Source: Candidatus Micrarchaeota archaeon
GTDB taxonomy: Archaea > Micrarchaeota > Micrarchaeia > Anstonellales > J096
DNA: 39,526 nucleotides
Assembly (NCBI GenBank): GCA_013153395.1
Contig: JAADEL010000028.1
Coordinates: 1-39,526 of the forward strand
Reading direction: 5' to 3'
Part shown: positions 16,757 through 25,288 of the stretch, piece after piece
Layout of the letters: each line of letters begins with the position of its first letter
Numbering within the stretch: position 1 is the first letter of the stretch
Translations under genes and position numbers: made by a program
Notes under the pieces: generated by a model
Databases searched by the model: none
The model's input: the letters and a program-made list of their open reading frames with translations, nothing else
Told to the model about the DNA's origin: nothing

Positions 16757-17052
16757 TGGAGAAGGTCTTGAAAGATTTTCCTATCACAGAATACGAAGCT
16801 AAGGAGTATATGTCCTTGGAGGAGGACTTTAGCTATAATGTAAAGCTTGCTATTGCCCATTTTGAGGTAGTAGATGAAAGAGCTCCTTATGTAAAGGAAG
16901 CCCTCCAGAAATTGGGGTTGTCCGAAGAAAGTGTGTGTAAGATAACCGATGTAATGCCCAACAACGTTGACCTCGTAAGGCTCATTCTTTCTTATTATGG
17001 GGATGAGGCGGATCCTGAAGAGGTATTAAAAATAGTTATGTCCAAAAAGTAG
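16756..17052 (+). CDS. rpoF: DNA-directed RNA polymerase subunit F (Rpo4)
   Basis: 98 aa. It occupies the conserved archaeal position L21e-RpoF-DUF655. ITEYEAKEYM and KITDVMPNNVDLVRLIL...PEEVLKIV match the RpoF pattern. Confidence 0.7.
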   Translation: MEKVLKDFPITEYEAKEYMSLEEDFSYNVKLAIAHFEVVDERAPYVKEALQKLGLSEESVCKITDVMPNNVDLVRLILSYYGDEADPEEVLKIVMSKK

Positions 17053-17054
17053 AT

Positions 17055-17576
17055 ATGGAAGAGTTTGCATATGTGCTTGATATAGTCCCATTTGGAGATA
17101 GAGAAGGGACTGCTGTTTATCTCATCGGTTTAAAGTATACTCTGCTCAAGGCCAAGGCCAAAGAAAAGGTGCCCATTAAGATAGGTCAAAGGACCTATGT
17201 GGGCAAGGACCTTGAGAAAAGAGAGATTGTGGAGAAGATAAGGGGCAGAGTAGATTATGATAACCTATCAGAGGGCGCACGCCAGAACCTAAAGGATGTG
17301 CTCAAGCTTATTGTAAAGGAAAAAGAGAAGGAGTTTGTGGAGTTCTTGAACAAGGCAAAGGCAATAAGCGTGCGCACCCATCAGCTAGATTTTATCCCTT
17401 ATGTGGGTAAGAAGACCAAAAAGGCTATCTTGGCGGAGAGGGAGAAGAGGCCTTTCGAGAGCTTTGAGGATGTGAAGGCAAGAACAGGAATGGACCCGGT
17501 GGAGGCCTTTGCCGAGAAGCTCTATCGTGAGATCTCAGGTAGGGATGTGGTAAAGTTCTTCGTGGTGAGATTTTGA
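17055..17576 (+). CDS. DUF655 family putative RNA/nucleotide-binding protein
   Basis: 173 aa. The N terminus EEFAYVLDIVPFGD, a C-terminal HhH-like segment and the conserved neighbourhood with rpoF support the call. Confidence 0.7.
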   Translation: MEEFAYVLDIVPFGDREGTAVYLIGLKYTLLKAKAKEKVPIKIGQRTYVGKDLEKREIVEKIRGRVDYDNLSEGARQNLKDVLKLIVKEKEKEFVEFLNKAKAISVRTHQLDFIPYVGKKTKKAILAEREKRPFESFEDVKARTGMDPVEAFAEKLYREISGRDVVKFFVVRF

Positions 17577-18010
17577 TATGTGAGATATGCGGAAAAAGGC
17601 GGGCCATAAAAACGGTGGTGATAGAAGGTGCAGAGGTAGAGATTTGTGAGGTCTGCCTCGGAAACTTTGAATATAAAACCCCCCAAGGCCGCCCTGTGAA
17701 GAAGAGGGAAAAGAGACCGGAAAGAGAAACTGAGGTTGTGGAGAACCTAGGAGAGATCGTGAAGCAGGCTCGCGAGAGCGAAGGCCTCTCCTATGCGGAG
17801 TTTGCCAAGAAGGTGGGAATAAAGGAGGCATTGCTCCGCAGGATAGAGCATGGGTTTATCCCCGACTTAGGAACAGTAAGAAAGCTGGAACGCTATCTCA
17901 AGAAAAAGCTCACCTATGAGATAGTGATAGATGAGGAGGAGGGCCCAGAGAAAAGAGAGGAGGCATACTCTTTAGAATCTATCTCCGAAATAGAGAACGA
18001 TGGGAGTTAA
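17573..18010 (+). CDS. Multiprotein bridging factor 1 homologue (zinc ribbon + XRE HTH)
   Basis: 145 aa. The TTG start overlaps the upstream TGA (TTGA). CEICG...CEVC is the zinc ribbon. IVKQARESEGLSYAEFAKKVGIKEALLRRIEHG is the HTH. Confidence 0.8.
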   Translation: MICEICGKRRAIKTVVIEGAEVEICEVCLGNFEYKTPQGRPVKKREKRPERETEVVENLGEIVKQARESEGLSYAEFAKKVGIKEALLRRIEHGFIPDLGTVRKLERYLKKKLTYEIVIDEEEGPEKREEAYSLESISEIENDGS

Positions 18011-18908
18011 TCTCGGAGATTTGGTTTGGAAGAAGGATACAAGCTTTAATGCACTCTCTCGCAAGGCCCTTGTGTTTGACGGCAACAACATGGTTTATCA
18101 GTTCTTGAGCTCTATACGGCAAAACGGCGAATTCTTGCGGGATAGCAAAGGAAACATCACCTCCCATCTCTCCGGGATATTTTATAGGTTGTCAAAGTTC
18201 TTGGAGCACAAAATCAAGCTGGGAGTGGTCTTTGACGGAGAGCCACCCGAGTTCAAGAAAGAGGAGATAGAAAGAAGGAAGCAGCAGAGAGAACGCTACG
18301 GGCTAGCAGGAATAAAGTTTGATGAGAAGATGTTTGAGGAAAGTAAGGAACTGTTGGAGGCAATGGGCATACCTGTAATCAAGGCTCCTTCAGAGGGAGA
18401 GGCTCAGGCCGCCTGGTTTGTGAAAACAGGTCAGGCCTATGGTGTGGTAAGTCAAGACTATGATTCATTGTTGTTTGGGGCAAAGAAGGTGCTCCGCAAC
18501 TACCAGGATGAAAAATCCTTTGAGGAAGTGGACCTCCAAAAGACCTTGGAACAAAACCAGCTCACCCAAGACCAGTTGATTTTATTGGCAATGCTGATAG
18601 GAACGGATTTCAACAAAGGTATAAAAGGGATAGGTCCTAAGAAGGGCCTGAAACTTGTGAAACAAAGAACACCTGAACAGATCCTGAGGATGATTGAAAA
18701 GGAGAACAACGTTGATGCTTGGAAGATTTTCGAGTTCTTTAAAACCCCGCCTGTATGGGAAACCAAGCTGGAATTCGGGAAGTTCGACCCCGAGAAAGTT
18801 AGGGATATCTTGGTATATAAGCATGATTTCTCACCTGAGAGAGTGAACAAAGTGATTGAACGAGTGGTGCGCGCCCAGAAGGAAAAAACCCTAGAGGACT
18901 TCTTTTAA
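18000..18908 (+). CDS. fen: Flap endonuclease 1
   Basis: 302 aa. MGVNLGDLV, VFDG, PSEGEAQAA, SQDYDSLLFG and IGTDFN are present. The C-terminal KTLEDFF is a PIP-box-like tail. Confidence 0.9.
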   Translation: MGVNLGDLVWKKDTSFNALSRKALVFDGNNMVYQFLSSIRQNGEFLRDSKGNITSHLSGIFYRLSKFLEHKIKLGVVFDGEPPEFKKEEIERRKQQRERYGLAGIKFDEKMFEESKELLEAMGIPVIKAPSEGEAQAAWFVKTGQAYGVVSQDYDSLLFGAKKVLRNYQDEKSFEEVDLQKTLEQNQLTQDQLILLAMLIGTDFNKGIKGIGPKKGLKLVKQRTPEQILRMIEKENNVDAWKIFEFFKTPPVWETKLEFGKFDPEKVRDILVYKHDFSPERVNKVIERVVRAQKEKTLEDFF

Positions 18909-18909
18909 A

Positions 18910-19944
18910 ATGAAGGTCCTATTTACCACTGACACCTACCATCCCAATGTGGATGGTGTGGTAAAGACCTTGGATTTGCTGGAAAGAGAACTCGAGAAAT
19001 ACGGAATCGAGGTATATATCCTTGCGCCTGAGGGAAGCGAAACAAAGGAAAACGTGCACTTGGCAAAGGCCCTGCCTTTCCTTCCTTACCCTGATTATAA
19101 GATTCCTCTGCCCTTTGAGCTAGAGTTTGAGGTTGATATTGTTCACAACCACGGGATCACAATAACAGCCTGGGAAGGTCTGATTTATGGGAGGAAAAAG
19201 AACATCCCGGTTATCGGAACCTATCATACGGATGTTATAGATGCCACCCACTATGTTAACCTTCCTAAGGAAGTGGCCGCCCGCTATATTCGCACCCTCT
19301 ATAAACGACACGATATAACGTTGGCACCTTCTTACTTCGCCCTCAAGAAGCTTATGAAACGAACCAAGCTCCGCAATGGGTTTGTGTTTCCCAACCCTAT
19401 TGACACCTCCGAGTTCATACAATCCAAGCAAAAATCCCCTTTTCTTCTTCATGTAGGCCGGCTGGTAAAGGAAAAAAGGATTGATTTGATATTTCCCTAT
19501 CTCGAGAAGGTAGGAATGCCCCTTTATGTGGCGGGCAAAGGACCTGCATTGGAGTATTATAAAAAACTGGCTGAAAGCTATAATGCGGAAATCCATTTCT
19601 TGGGATATGTGCCTGATGAGGAGCTCAAGCAGCTCTATGCGAAGGCAACCGCTCTTGTTTTTAACTCAAGCTTTGATACGCAGGGGCTTGTGTGCTTAGA
19701 GGCGTTGGCAAGCGGAACCCCTGTTGTGGCCTATAAAGAAACTGCCTTTGCGGAGATAGCCGAGAAGCTGGGCACCGTATTCTGGGACGAGCTGAGCTTT
19801 ATAAAGGCCGTAAAGCAAGCCACCACCATTCCTCAATCTAAGCTTCTCTCCATTGCCAAGAAGTATGATATTCAGGTGCTGGGAAAGAAGATTGTGAAGC
19901 TATACGAGCTTATGCTCGAGAGAGAGCTTTATAAACTTCTCTGA
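18910..19944 (+). CDS. Glycosyltransferase family 4
   Basis: 344 aa. The fold is GT-B; the C-terminal half has GRLVKEKRIDL and EALASGTPVVA (EX7E region). Confidence 0.8.
   Translation: MKVLFTTDTYHPNVDGVVKTLDLLERELEKYGIEVYILAPEGSETKENVHLAKALPFLPYPDYKIPLPFELEFEVDIVHNHGITITAWEGLIYGRKKNIPVIGTYHTDVIDATHYVNLPKEVAARYIRTLYKRHDITLAPSYFALKKLMKRTKLRNGFVFPNPIDTSEFIQSKQKSPFLLHVGRLVKEKRIDLIFPYLEKVGMPLYVAGKGPALEYYKKLAESYNAEIHFLGYVPDEELKQLYAKATALVFNSSFDTQGLVCLEALASGTPVVAYKETAFAEIAEKLGTVFWDELSFIKAVKQATTIPQSKLLSIAKKYDIQVLGKKIVKLYELMLERELYKLL
19928..19935 (+). promoter_or_regulatory. TATA box for leuS inside the 3' end of the GT4 gene
   Basis: TTTATAAA is centred 25.5 nt upstream of the ATG at 19957. Confidence 0.4.
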
Positions 19945-19956
19945 TAATAAAAAGAC

Positions 19957-22575
19957 ATGGAAGAGGAGAAACTCATCGAACTCTGGGAAAAAGAAGGAAG
20001 ACACCTCTCTGACCCTGACTCCCGCCCTAAATACTTTATCACAGCTGCATTTCCCTATCCTAACAGCCCCCAGCACATAGGACATGCAAGGACATATACT
20101 TTAACCGATATCTATGCTCGCTTTTATAGGCTGTTGGGATATAATGTTTTGTTCCCGATGGGTTTCCATGTAACAGGAACTCCTATTGTTACCATGGCCG
20201 AGCGCATAAAAGAAGGGGACCCTAGCCTAGCCGAGGTTTTTGAGAAGATATATGGCATTCCTAAGGAAGTTTATTCCAAACTCACCGACCCTTTTGATTT
20301 GGTGATGTTCTTCTCTCGAGAGATAGAAGAAGGAATGAAACGAATGGGCTATTCTATCGATTGGAGGAGGAAGTTTTATACCTCTGACCCTCATTTTCAG
20401 AGATTTATTGAATGGCAGTTCCAGAAGCTCTATAAAAAAGGCCTTATTGTAAAGGGAACCCATCCTGTGGCCTTTAGCTTGAAGCTCAATTCCTCAGTAG
20501 GTGCCCATGACACCAAAGGGGATGTGGACCCTGAGATTACCGAATACACAGGTGTGTTGTTTGAGACTCCGCTCGGATATCTGGTCACGGCAACTTTAAG
20601 GCCTGAAACCCTCTATGGGATAACCAACATCTGGATTAGAGAAGACGAGGATTATGTGGTGGTGGAGTATCAAGGAAAAAAACTTATATTCGGAAAGAAG
20701 GCATGGGAGATCCTCCAGCATCAGCTCCCAGGTGCCAAGATAGTGGACGAGATAAAAGGGAAAGAGCTCTTGAAGCTAGAGGCCGAGGTCCCTATCACTG
20801 GGCAAAGGGTTCCTATATGGCACGGAGAGTTTGTAGACCCTGAGGAGGGAACAGGCATCGTGATGAGTGTGCCGGGCCACTCCCTCTGGGACTATTACGA
20901 GTATCGCAAGCACACTGACCAACCCTATCCGGTGATTATAAAGGTAGGAAACAAAGAAAGTAAGGCCGAGGATTACTTTAAATCCCACGGCGGAAAGGAA
21001 GAGGACCTGGAGAAACTAAACGAGGAATTCTACCATTTGGAATTTACCAAAGGCTATCATGAGCCGCTAGGCATGCCTGTAAAGGAGGCCCGAGAGAAGA
21101 CCAAAGAGAAACTAAAGGAAAAGGACGCCATGATAGAGCTTTATAAGATCTCCAACGGGCCTGTATATTCAAGGGCAGGAGACAAGGTAATCGTGAAAGT
21201 GCTTGAAAACCAATGGTTTATTGATTATGGTAATCCAGAGTGGAAGAAGAAGGCAAAGGAGCTGCTTGCCTCCATGAAAATCATCCCTGAGGAGATGAGA
21301 AAGCGTTTTGAGCACACCATAGATTGGCTCAAGAGAAAGGCTGCCACCCGAAGCAGAGGTCTTGGAACAAAATTCCCGTTTGATAAATCCCAGATTATTG
21401 AGTCCTTAAGTGATTCTACGGTGTATATGGCCTTCTATACCTTCGCCCATCATATAAAGGAGTTTAAGCCTGAGGAGCTCACCGAGGAATTCTTTGATTA
21501 CATATTTTATGGCATAGGGGAGCCTGTGAATGAAAAGCACAAGGAACTAAGAAAGATGTTTGATTACTATTATGGCTTGGATGCCAGGCATAGTGGTGTG
21601 GACCTTGTAACCAACCATCTTACCTTCTTTATCTTCAACCACGCCGCCCTTTTCCCTCATAAACCTCCTAAGGCCATAGTGGTAAACGGCTCGGTGTTGA
21701 TGGAAGGAAAGAAGATGAGCAAGTCCATGGGAAACATCATTCCGTTAAAAAAGGCAATAGAGCAGTGGAGCGCTGATGTGCTTAGGCTAACAGTGGCTGC
21801 TTCCACCGAAATTATTATGGATGCTAACTTCTCAGAGAGCACTGCCCGAGGAGTAAAGGAGAGATTGGAGTTTTATAAGAAGACATTTTTGACAGAGGAC
21901 AAAGGCAAAAAGGATGAGTTGGACGAGTGGTTGGAGAAGAAGGTAAAGCACTATGCCACACTGGCTTATGACTATTATCGGGCTTATGAGGTGCGCAAGG
22001 TAACCAATCTTTTGTTCTATGAGCTCTTCAAAGACTTGCAATGGTATATGCAGAGGAAGCCTGAAGGCAAGAGGAATCTCTCCGAGGTTGCTCGCATCTG
22101 GGCCATCTATCTTTCCCCCATAATCCCATTTACCACTGATTACATATTCAGGGAGAGATTCGGAGAGAGTGTGTTTGACCAGACCCTGCCTATGTTCAGA
22201 GAGTGGAAGTTTGTGCATGAAGAGGAGTTTTTCAGAGAGCTCCTTGAGGACATAAGGCATCTGCTCAAGCTAAAGAAAGGAAAGAAGCTCTACATCGGCA
22301 TTGCTAAGGAGTGGAAGTTTGAGGTTTATAAGAGGCTTTCTCGCAAAGATGCCATCAAGGATATTGTTTCACAAGAGCCTAAGGCAAAAGAGCTGTTGGC
22401 AAAGCTCAAGAACAAGGCCTATACCTTAGACTTTCCTTATGAGCGCGAAAGACTGATAGAGTATCTCAACAAAAACAAGGATTATCTGGAGAAGGAGCTA
22501 GGATTAGAGGTGGAGATAGGAGAGGAGAAGCAAAAGTATGCCCTTCCTGATAAGCCTGAGCTGCTGTTAGAATGA
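19957..22575 (+). CDS. leuS: Leucine--tRNA ligase (archaeal type, short)
   Basis: 872 aa. It has FPYPNSPQHIGHARTY (HIGH), the CP1 editing region and KMSKSMGN. The N-terminal block matches archaeal LeuRS. Confidence 0.9.
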   Translation: MEEEKLIELWEKEGRHLSDPDSRPKYFITAAFPYPNSPQHIGHARTYTLTDIYARFYRLLGYNVLFPMGFHVTGTPIVTMAERIKEGDPSLAEVFEKIYGIPKEVYSKLTDPFDLVMFFSREIEEGMKRMGYSIDWRRKFYTSDPHFQRFIEWQFQKLYKKGLIVKGTHPVAFSLKLNSSVGAHDTKGDVDPEITEYTGVLFETPLGYLVTATLRPETLYGITNIWIREDEDYVVVEYQGKKLIFGKKAWEILQHQLPGAKIVDEIKGKELLKLEAEVPITGQRVPIWHGEFVDPEEGTGIVMSVPGHSLWDYYEYRKHTDQPYPVIIKVGNKESKAEDYFKSHGGKEEDLEKLNEEFYHLEFTKGYHEPLGMPVKEAREKTKEKLKEKDAMIELYKISNGPVYSRAGDKVIVKVLENQWFIDYGNPEWKKKAKELLASMKIIPEEMRKRFEHTIDWLKRKAATRSRGLGTKFPFDKSQIIESLSDSTVYMAFYTFAHHIKEFKPEELTEEFFDYIFYGIGEPVNEKHKELRKMFDYYYGLDARHSGVDLVTNHLTFFIFNHAALFPHKPPKAIVVNGSVLMEGKKMSKSMGNIIPLKKAIEQWSADVLRLTVAASTEIIMDANFSESTARGVKERLEFYKKTFLTEDKGKKDELDEWLEKKVKHYATLAYDYYRAYEVRKVTNLLFYELFKDLQWYMQRKPEGKRNLSEVARIWAIYLSPIIPFTTDYIFRERFGESVFDQTLPMFREWKFVHEEEFFRELLEDIRHLLKLKKGKKLYIGIAKEWKFEVYKRLSRKDAIKDIVSQEPKAKELLAKLKNKAYTLDFPYERERLIEYLNKNKDYLEKELGLEVEIGEEKQKYALPDKPELLLE

Positions 22576-23234
22576 TATACTTGGTAGGTTTGGGCCTTTA
22601 TTTCCAGCTTCCCCAATCAGTGATAAAGGAGCTTGAAGGCTTTGATATTGTGGTGATTGACGGATACACCGTTACCTTGCCTCCTTTGGATTTTCCCTAT
22701 CCTGTGGTTGATAGGAAGTTCCTGGAGGAAGACATATGGAAATTGATGGATAAGGATATTGCGATATTGGTGGCAGGGGATCCCCTCTTTGCAACCACCC
22801 ATACCTCTATCTACTTTGAGGCTTTGAAACGAGGGATAGAGGCAAAGGTCTTTCACAATTCCTCTATATTGAACGCTGTTTCACGCACTGGGTTAAGTGC
22901 CTATAAGTTCGGGAGGGTGGTAAGTGTGGTGAAATGGAGCGAGAACTACAAGCCCACCTCCTATCTTGACCACATAAAACAAAACCAATCTTTGGGGCTC
23001 CATACCTTGGTGCTGCCTGATCCCCAGTTTAAGGATTTCAATGAGTTTCTTTTCCAGATGCCCGAGGATATGGAGATGATTACCCTCCATAGAATAGGAT
23101 GGAAAGAAGAAGGGATCTATTTTGATAAAAGGAATGTTAAGCATCCTTTTGCGGTGGTTGTTCCTGGGGAGGTCTCCCATTATGAGAGAGAACATATGGA
23201 TATACTAAGGCAATTATCGCAGCGCTCCCGATAG
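22572..23234 (+). CDS. dph5: Diphthine synthase
   Basis: 220 aa. MIYLVGLGL, VAGDPLFATTH and VVVPGEVSHYE are present (tetrapyrrole-methylase fold). It has an ATGA overlap with leuS. Confidence 0.85.
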   Translation: MIYLVGLGLYFQLPQSVIKELEGFDIVVIDGYTVTLPPLDFPYPVVDRKFLEEDIWKLMDKDIAILVAGDPLFATTHTSIYFEALKRGIEAKVFHNSSILNAVSRTGLSAYKFGRVVSVVKWSENYKPTSYLDHIKQNQSLGLHTLVLPDPQFKDFNEFLFQMPEDMEMITLHRIGWKEEGIYFDKRNVKHPFAVVVPGEVSHYEREHMDILRQLSQRSR

Positions 23235-23583
23235 CCATCTCGAGGAACATCTCCGGCGTCCAATAGCGCTGCCAGGTTGTCCATCCCCAAAGGTGGCCAA
23301 GAGTAAGGCCTAGAGCAATAGGCCACTTTATAGGGCTTTTGGAATAGACCCAGAGCCAGCCCAACGTCCATAAAAAGCTTCCTACAACAAGGCCGCCGTC
23401 ATATGCAAGAAAAGGCCTTACGATGGGATTGCCCTCCATCCAAGGTCGGGTATTGGCCATGTGGTAGGTGATAACAAGGTCTCCTAGCCCAAAGATCATA
23501 AAACCAGCCAGCCATATCCAGCTTTTGTCAGCCCATCTGCGGGCAATATAGACTGCGGCTATAGGTCCGAGAAGCTCAATCAT
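23137..23583 (-). CDS. Small membrane protein (DUF5658-like, EGNP motif)
   Basis: 148 aa with 4 hydrophobic spans and the MEGNPIVRPF motif. Its 3' end overlaps dph5 by 98 nt. Confidence 0.5.
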   Translation of the reverse strand: MIELLGPIAAVYIARRWADKSWIWLAGFMIFGLGDLVITYHMANTRPWMEGNPIVRPFLAYDGGLVVGSFLWTLGWLWVYSKSPIKWPIALGLTLGHLWGWTTWQRYWTPEMFLEMAIGSAAIIALVYPYVLSHNGRPPQEQPPQKDA

Positions 23584-24157
23584 CGAGGGTGTGCTGCTTG
23601 GGAGCCAACAGCTCCTTCAAAGTACTCCACTTCTTCCTAACATAGGGCTCTATCTTCTCAGGATGGTTTTTCACATAGTCGCGGGTTATGGGGTCAGAAG
23701 GATATCCGCTCCCAAAGAAGCCTATCTTATCCGCTATCTTGGCAATCTCTTTGTCTCGTTCTACCTTGGCAGCAATAGAGGCAGCTGCCACTATGGAATA
23801 CTTTTCATCAGCTTTGAACTCTGCTTGCACAGGGATAGGGAGCACGCTCTCAATCTTCTTAGGGTCGGTAAAGGCATCGATAAAGGCTTTTTCTGCTTTA
23901 TAGGTGGAAAGCACCTTTTGGAGGGCTTGGAGCTCTAGCCAGTTGATGTTGTTGGCATCTATCTCGCTAGGGCTAAGCTTGACCAAAACAACTTTGGCAT
24001 GCTGCTTTATCTTTTGGTAGAGTTGCTCGCGTTCTTTAGGAGAAAGTTGTTTGGAATCCTTATCCACAAAATCAAGAGGATGGTCAGAAAAAACAAAAGC
24101 AATAACCAAAGGGCCAACCAACGAGCCCCTGCCTGCCTCGTCTATGCCTACAATCAC
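23576..24157 (-). CDS. rnhB: Ribonuclease HII
   Basis: 193 aa. MIVGIDEAGRGSLVGPLV, DSKQLSP and ASIAAKV are present. Confidence 0.9.
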   Translation of the reverse strand: MIVGIDEAGRGSLVGPLVIAFVFSDHPLDFVDKDSKQLSPKEREQLYQKIKQHAKVVLVKLSPSEIDANNINWLELQALQKVLSTYKAEKAFIDAFTDPKKIESVLPIPVQAEFKADEKYSIVAAASIAAKVERDKEIAKIADKIGFFGSGYPSDPITRDYVKNHPEKIEPYVRKKWSTLKELLAPKQHTLDD

Positions 24158-24417
24158 TTGGTCAACAGCATGCGCTTATCCACGATGATATAGTCGCTTA
24201 CTGCCAACACGCTGTCAAAAGGCACGTAGGCATAGCCTTCTTCATTTATGTTCAAGCGGTCCTTAAAATCCAGGCTCTCATTAGGCTCTACTATCAAGAA
24301 CTCTAGCTTGCCGGTTTGCTCATTAATAGTAACATCTACAAGACGGCCTAAATCATCCCCGTCGGTAGTGACTATCTTTTTACCAGGGAGTTGTCGAGCG
24401 ATAACTATCCTTGCCAT
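24154..24417 (-). CDS. PRC-barrel domain protein
   Basis: 87 aa. GKKIVTTDGDDLGRLVDVTINEQTGKLEFLIVEP is a typical PRC barrel. Confidence 0.7.
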   Translation of the reverse strand: MARIVIARQLPGKKIVTTDGDDLGRLVDVTINEQTGKLEFLIVEPNESLDFKDRLNINEEGYAYVPFDSVLAVSDYIIVDKRMLLTK

Positions 24418-24478
24418 ATTTTCTTCACCTAATTCTAAATTATGGTGTTGTTTTTTTAAACCTATCCTAACCCCTTAC

Positions 24479-24486
24479 ATATAAAA
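24479..24486 (+). promoter_or_regulatory. TATA box for PCNA
   Basis: ATATAAAA is centred 26.5 nt upstream of the ATG at 24509. Confidence 0.4.
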
Positions 24487-24508
24487 ACCCTACGGGGGAG
24501 ATTAAAGC

Positions 24509-25231
24509 ATGAAAATCACCTTCTCCAGCGCAAAGGAATTTTCCAAATACATAGAGCTCTGCAGCAAGCTATCCACCGATGCTCTGTTTAAGCTTACACC
24601 CGATGGCCTTATCATAAAGGCCTTAGACCAAGGAAACATCTCCCTACTCAAGCTCACCATACCCACCCATGCATATGAAGCAGATACTGAGGAGCTCCAA
24701 ATCGGCTTGGATGTTGCAGAGCTCAAAAAGCTTATCGGTAAAGCAAAGGATGACCAAACCCTCACATTAGAATTCCAAGAAACCCAAATCATTATCACAA
24801 TAACCAAGGAAGGAATTACCAAGAAATACTATTCAAGAGCAGTAGATATGACAGGCAAGGATATCGAGCCCAAGACCCAATATGAGAACTATGCAATCAT
24901 AGACCCCGAGACCTTCAAAGAGATAATAGATGATGCAAAGAAGGTCTCCACCCATATCAAGTTCTATCTCACACCAGACCATCTTGAAGCAGAGGCCAAG
25001 GACATGGGCAATGTAAAATACCAAATAAGGCTGGAAAAGACTGCTTTGATAGACCTGGTGTGCAAGGATCCCCAAGCCGCCATGTTCCCTGTGCTCCACC
25101 TCTCCTACATAGCTCCTGGCCTAAAGGAAAGCGATGTCAAGCTTTACTTAGCCACCGCCAAGCCTCTTAAGCTGGGGTTCAGAGTGGGCTCTGCTGATGC
25201 TCAGTACTGGGTGGCTCCTGCGGAAGAATAA
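24509..25231 (+). CDS. pcn: DNA polymerase sliding clamp (PCNA)
   Basis: 240 aa. The N terminus FSSAKEFSKYIELCSKLSTDALFKLTPDGLIIKALDQGNISLLKLTIP and the two-domain clamp pattern support the call. Confidence 0.9.
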   Translation: MKITFSSAKEFSKYIELCSKLSTDALFKLTPDGLIIKALDQGNISLLKLTIPTHAYEADTEELQIGLDVAELKKLIGKAKDDQTLTLEFQETQIIITITKEGITKKYYSRAVDMTGKDIEPKTQYENYAIIDPETFKEIIDDAKKVSTHIKFYLTPDHLEAEAKDMGNVKYQIRLEKTALIDLVCKDPQAAMFPVLHLSYIAPGLKESDVKLYLATAKPLKLGFRVGSADAQYWVAPAEE

Positions 25232-25259
25232 CTTTTTGTCGAACTTCTTTCTTTTTATC

Positions 25260-25267
25260 TTTATAAA
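25260..25267 (+). promoter_or_regulatory. TATA box for the OFOR operon
   Basis: TTTATAAA is centred 25.5 nt upstream of the ATG at 25289. Confidence 0.45.
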
Positions 25268-25288
25268 TGTATGTTCTCCTAATTAGGC

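Noticed and set aside
17425-17831. Pro/Arg/Ser-rich minus-strand ORFs (17425..17607 and 17535..17831).
   Set aside because: They are antisense to the DUF655 and MBF1 genes. Their composition is the mirror of Glu/Lys/Gly-rich sense codons.
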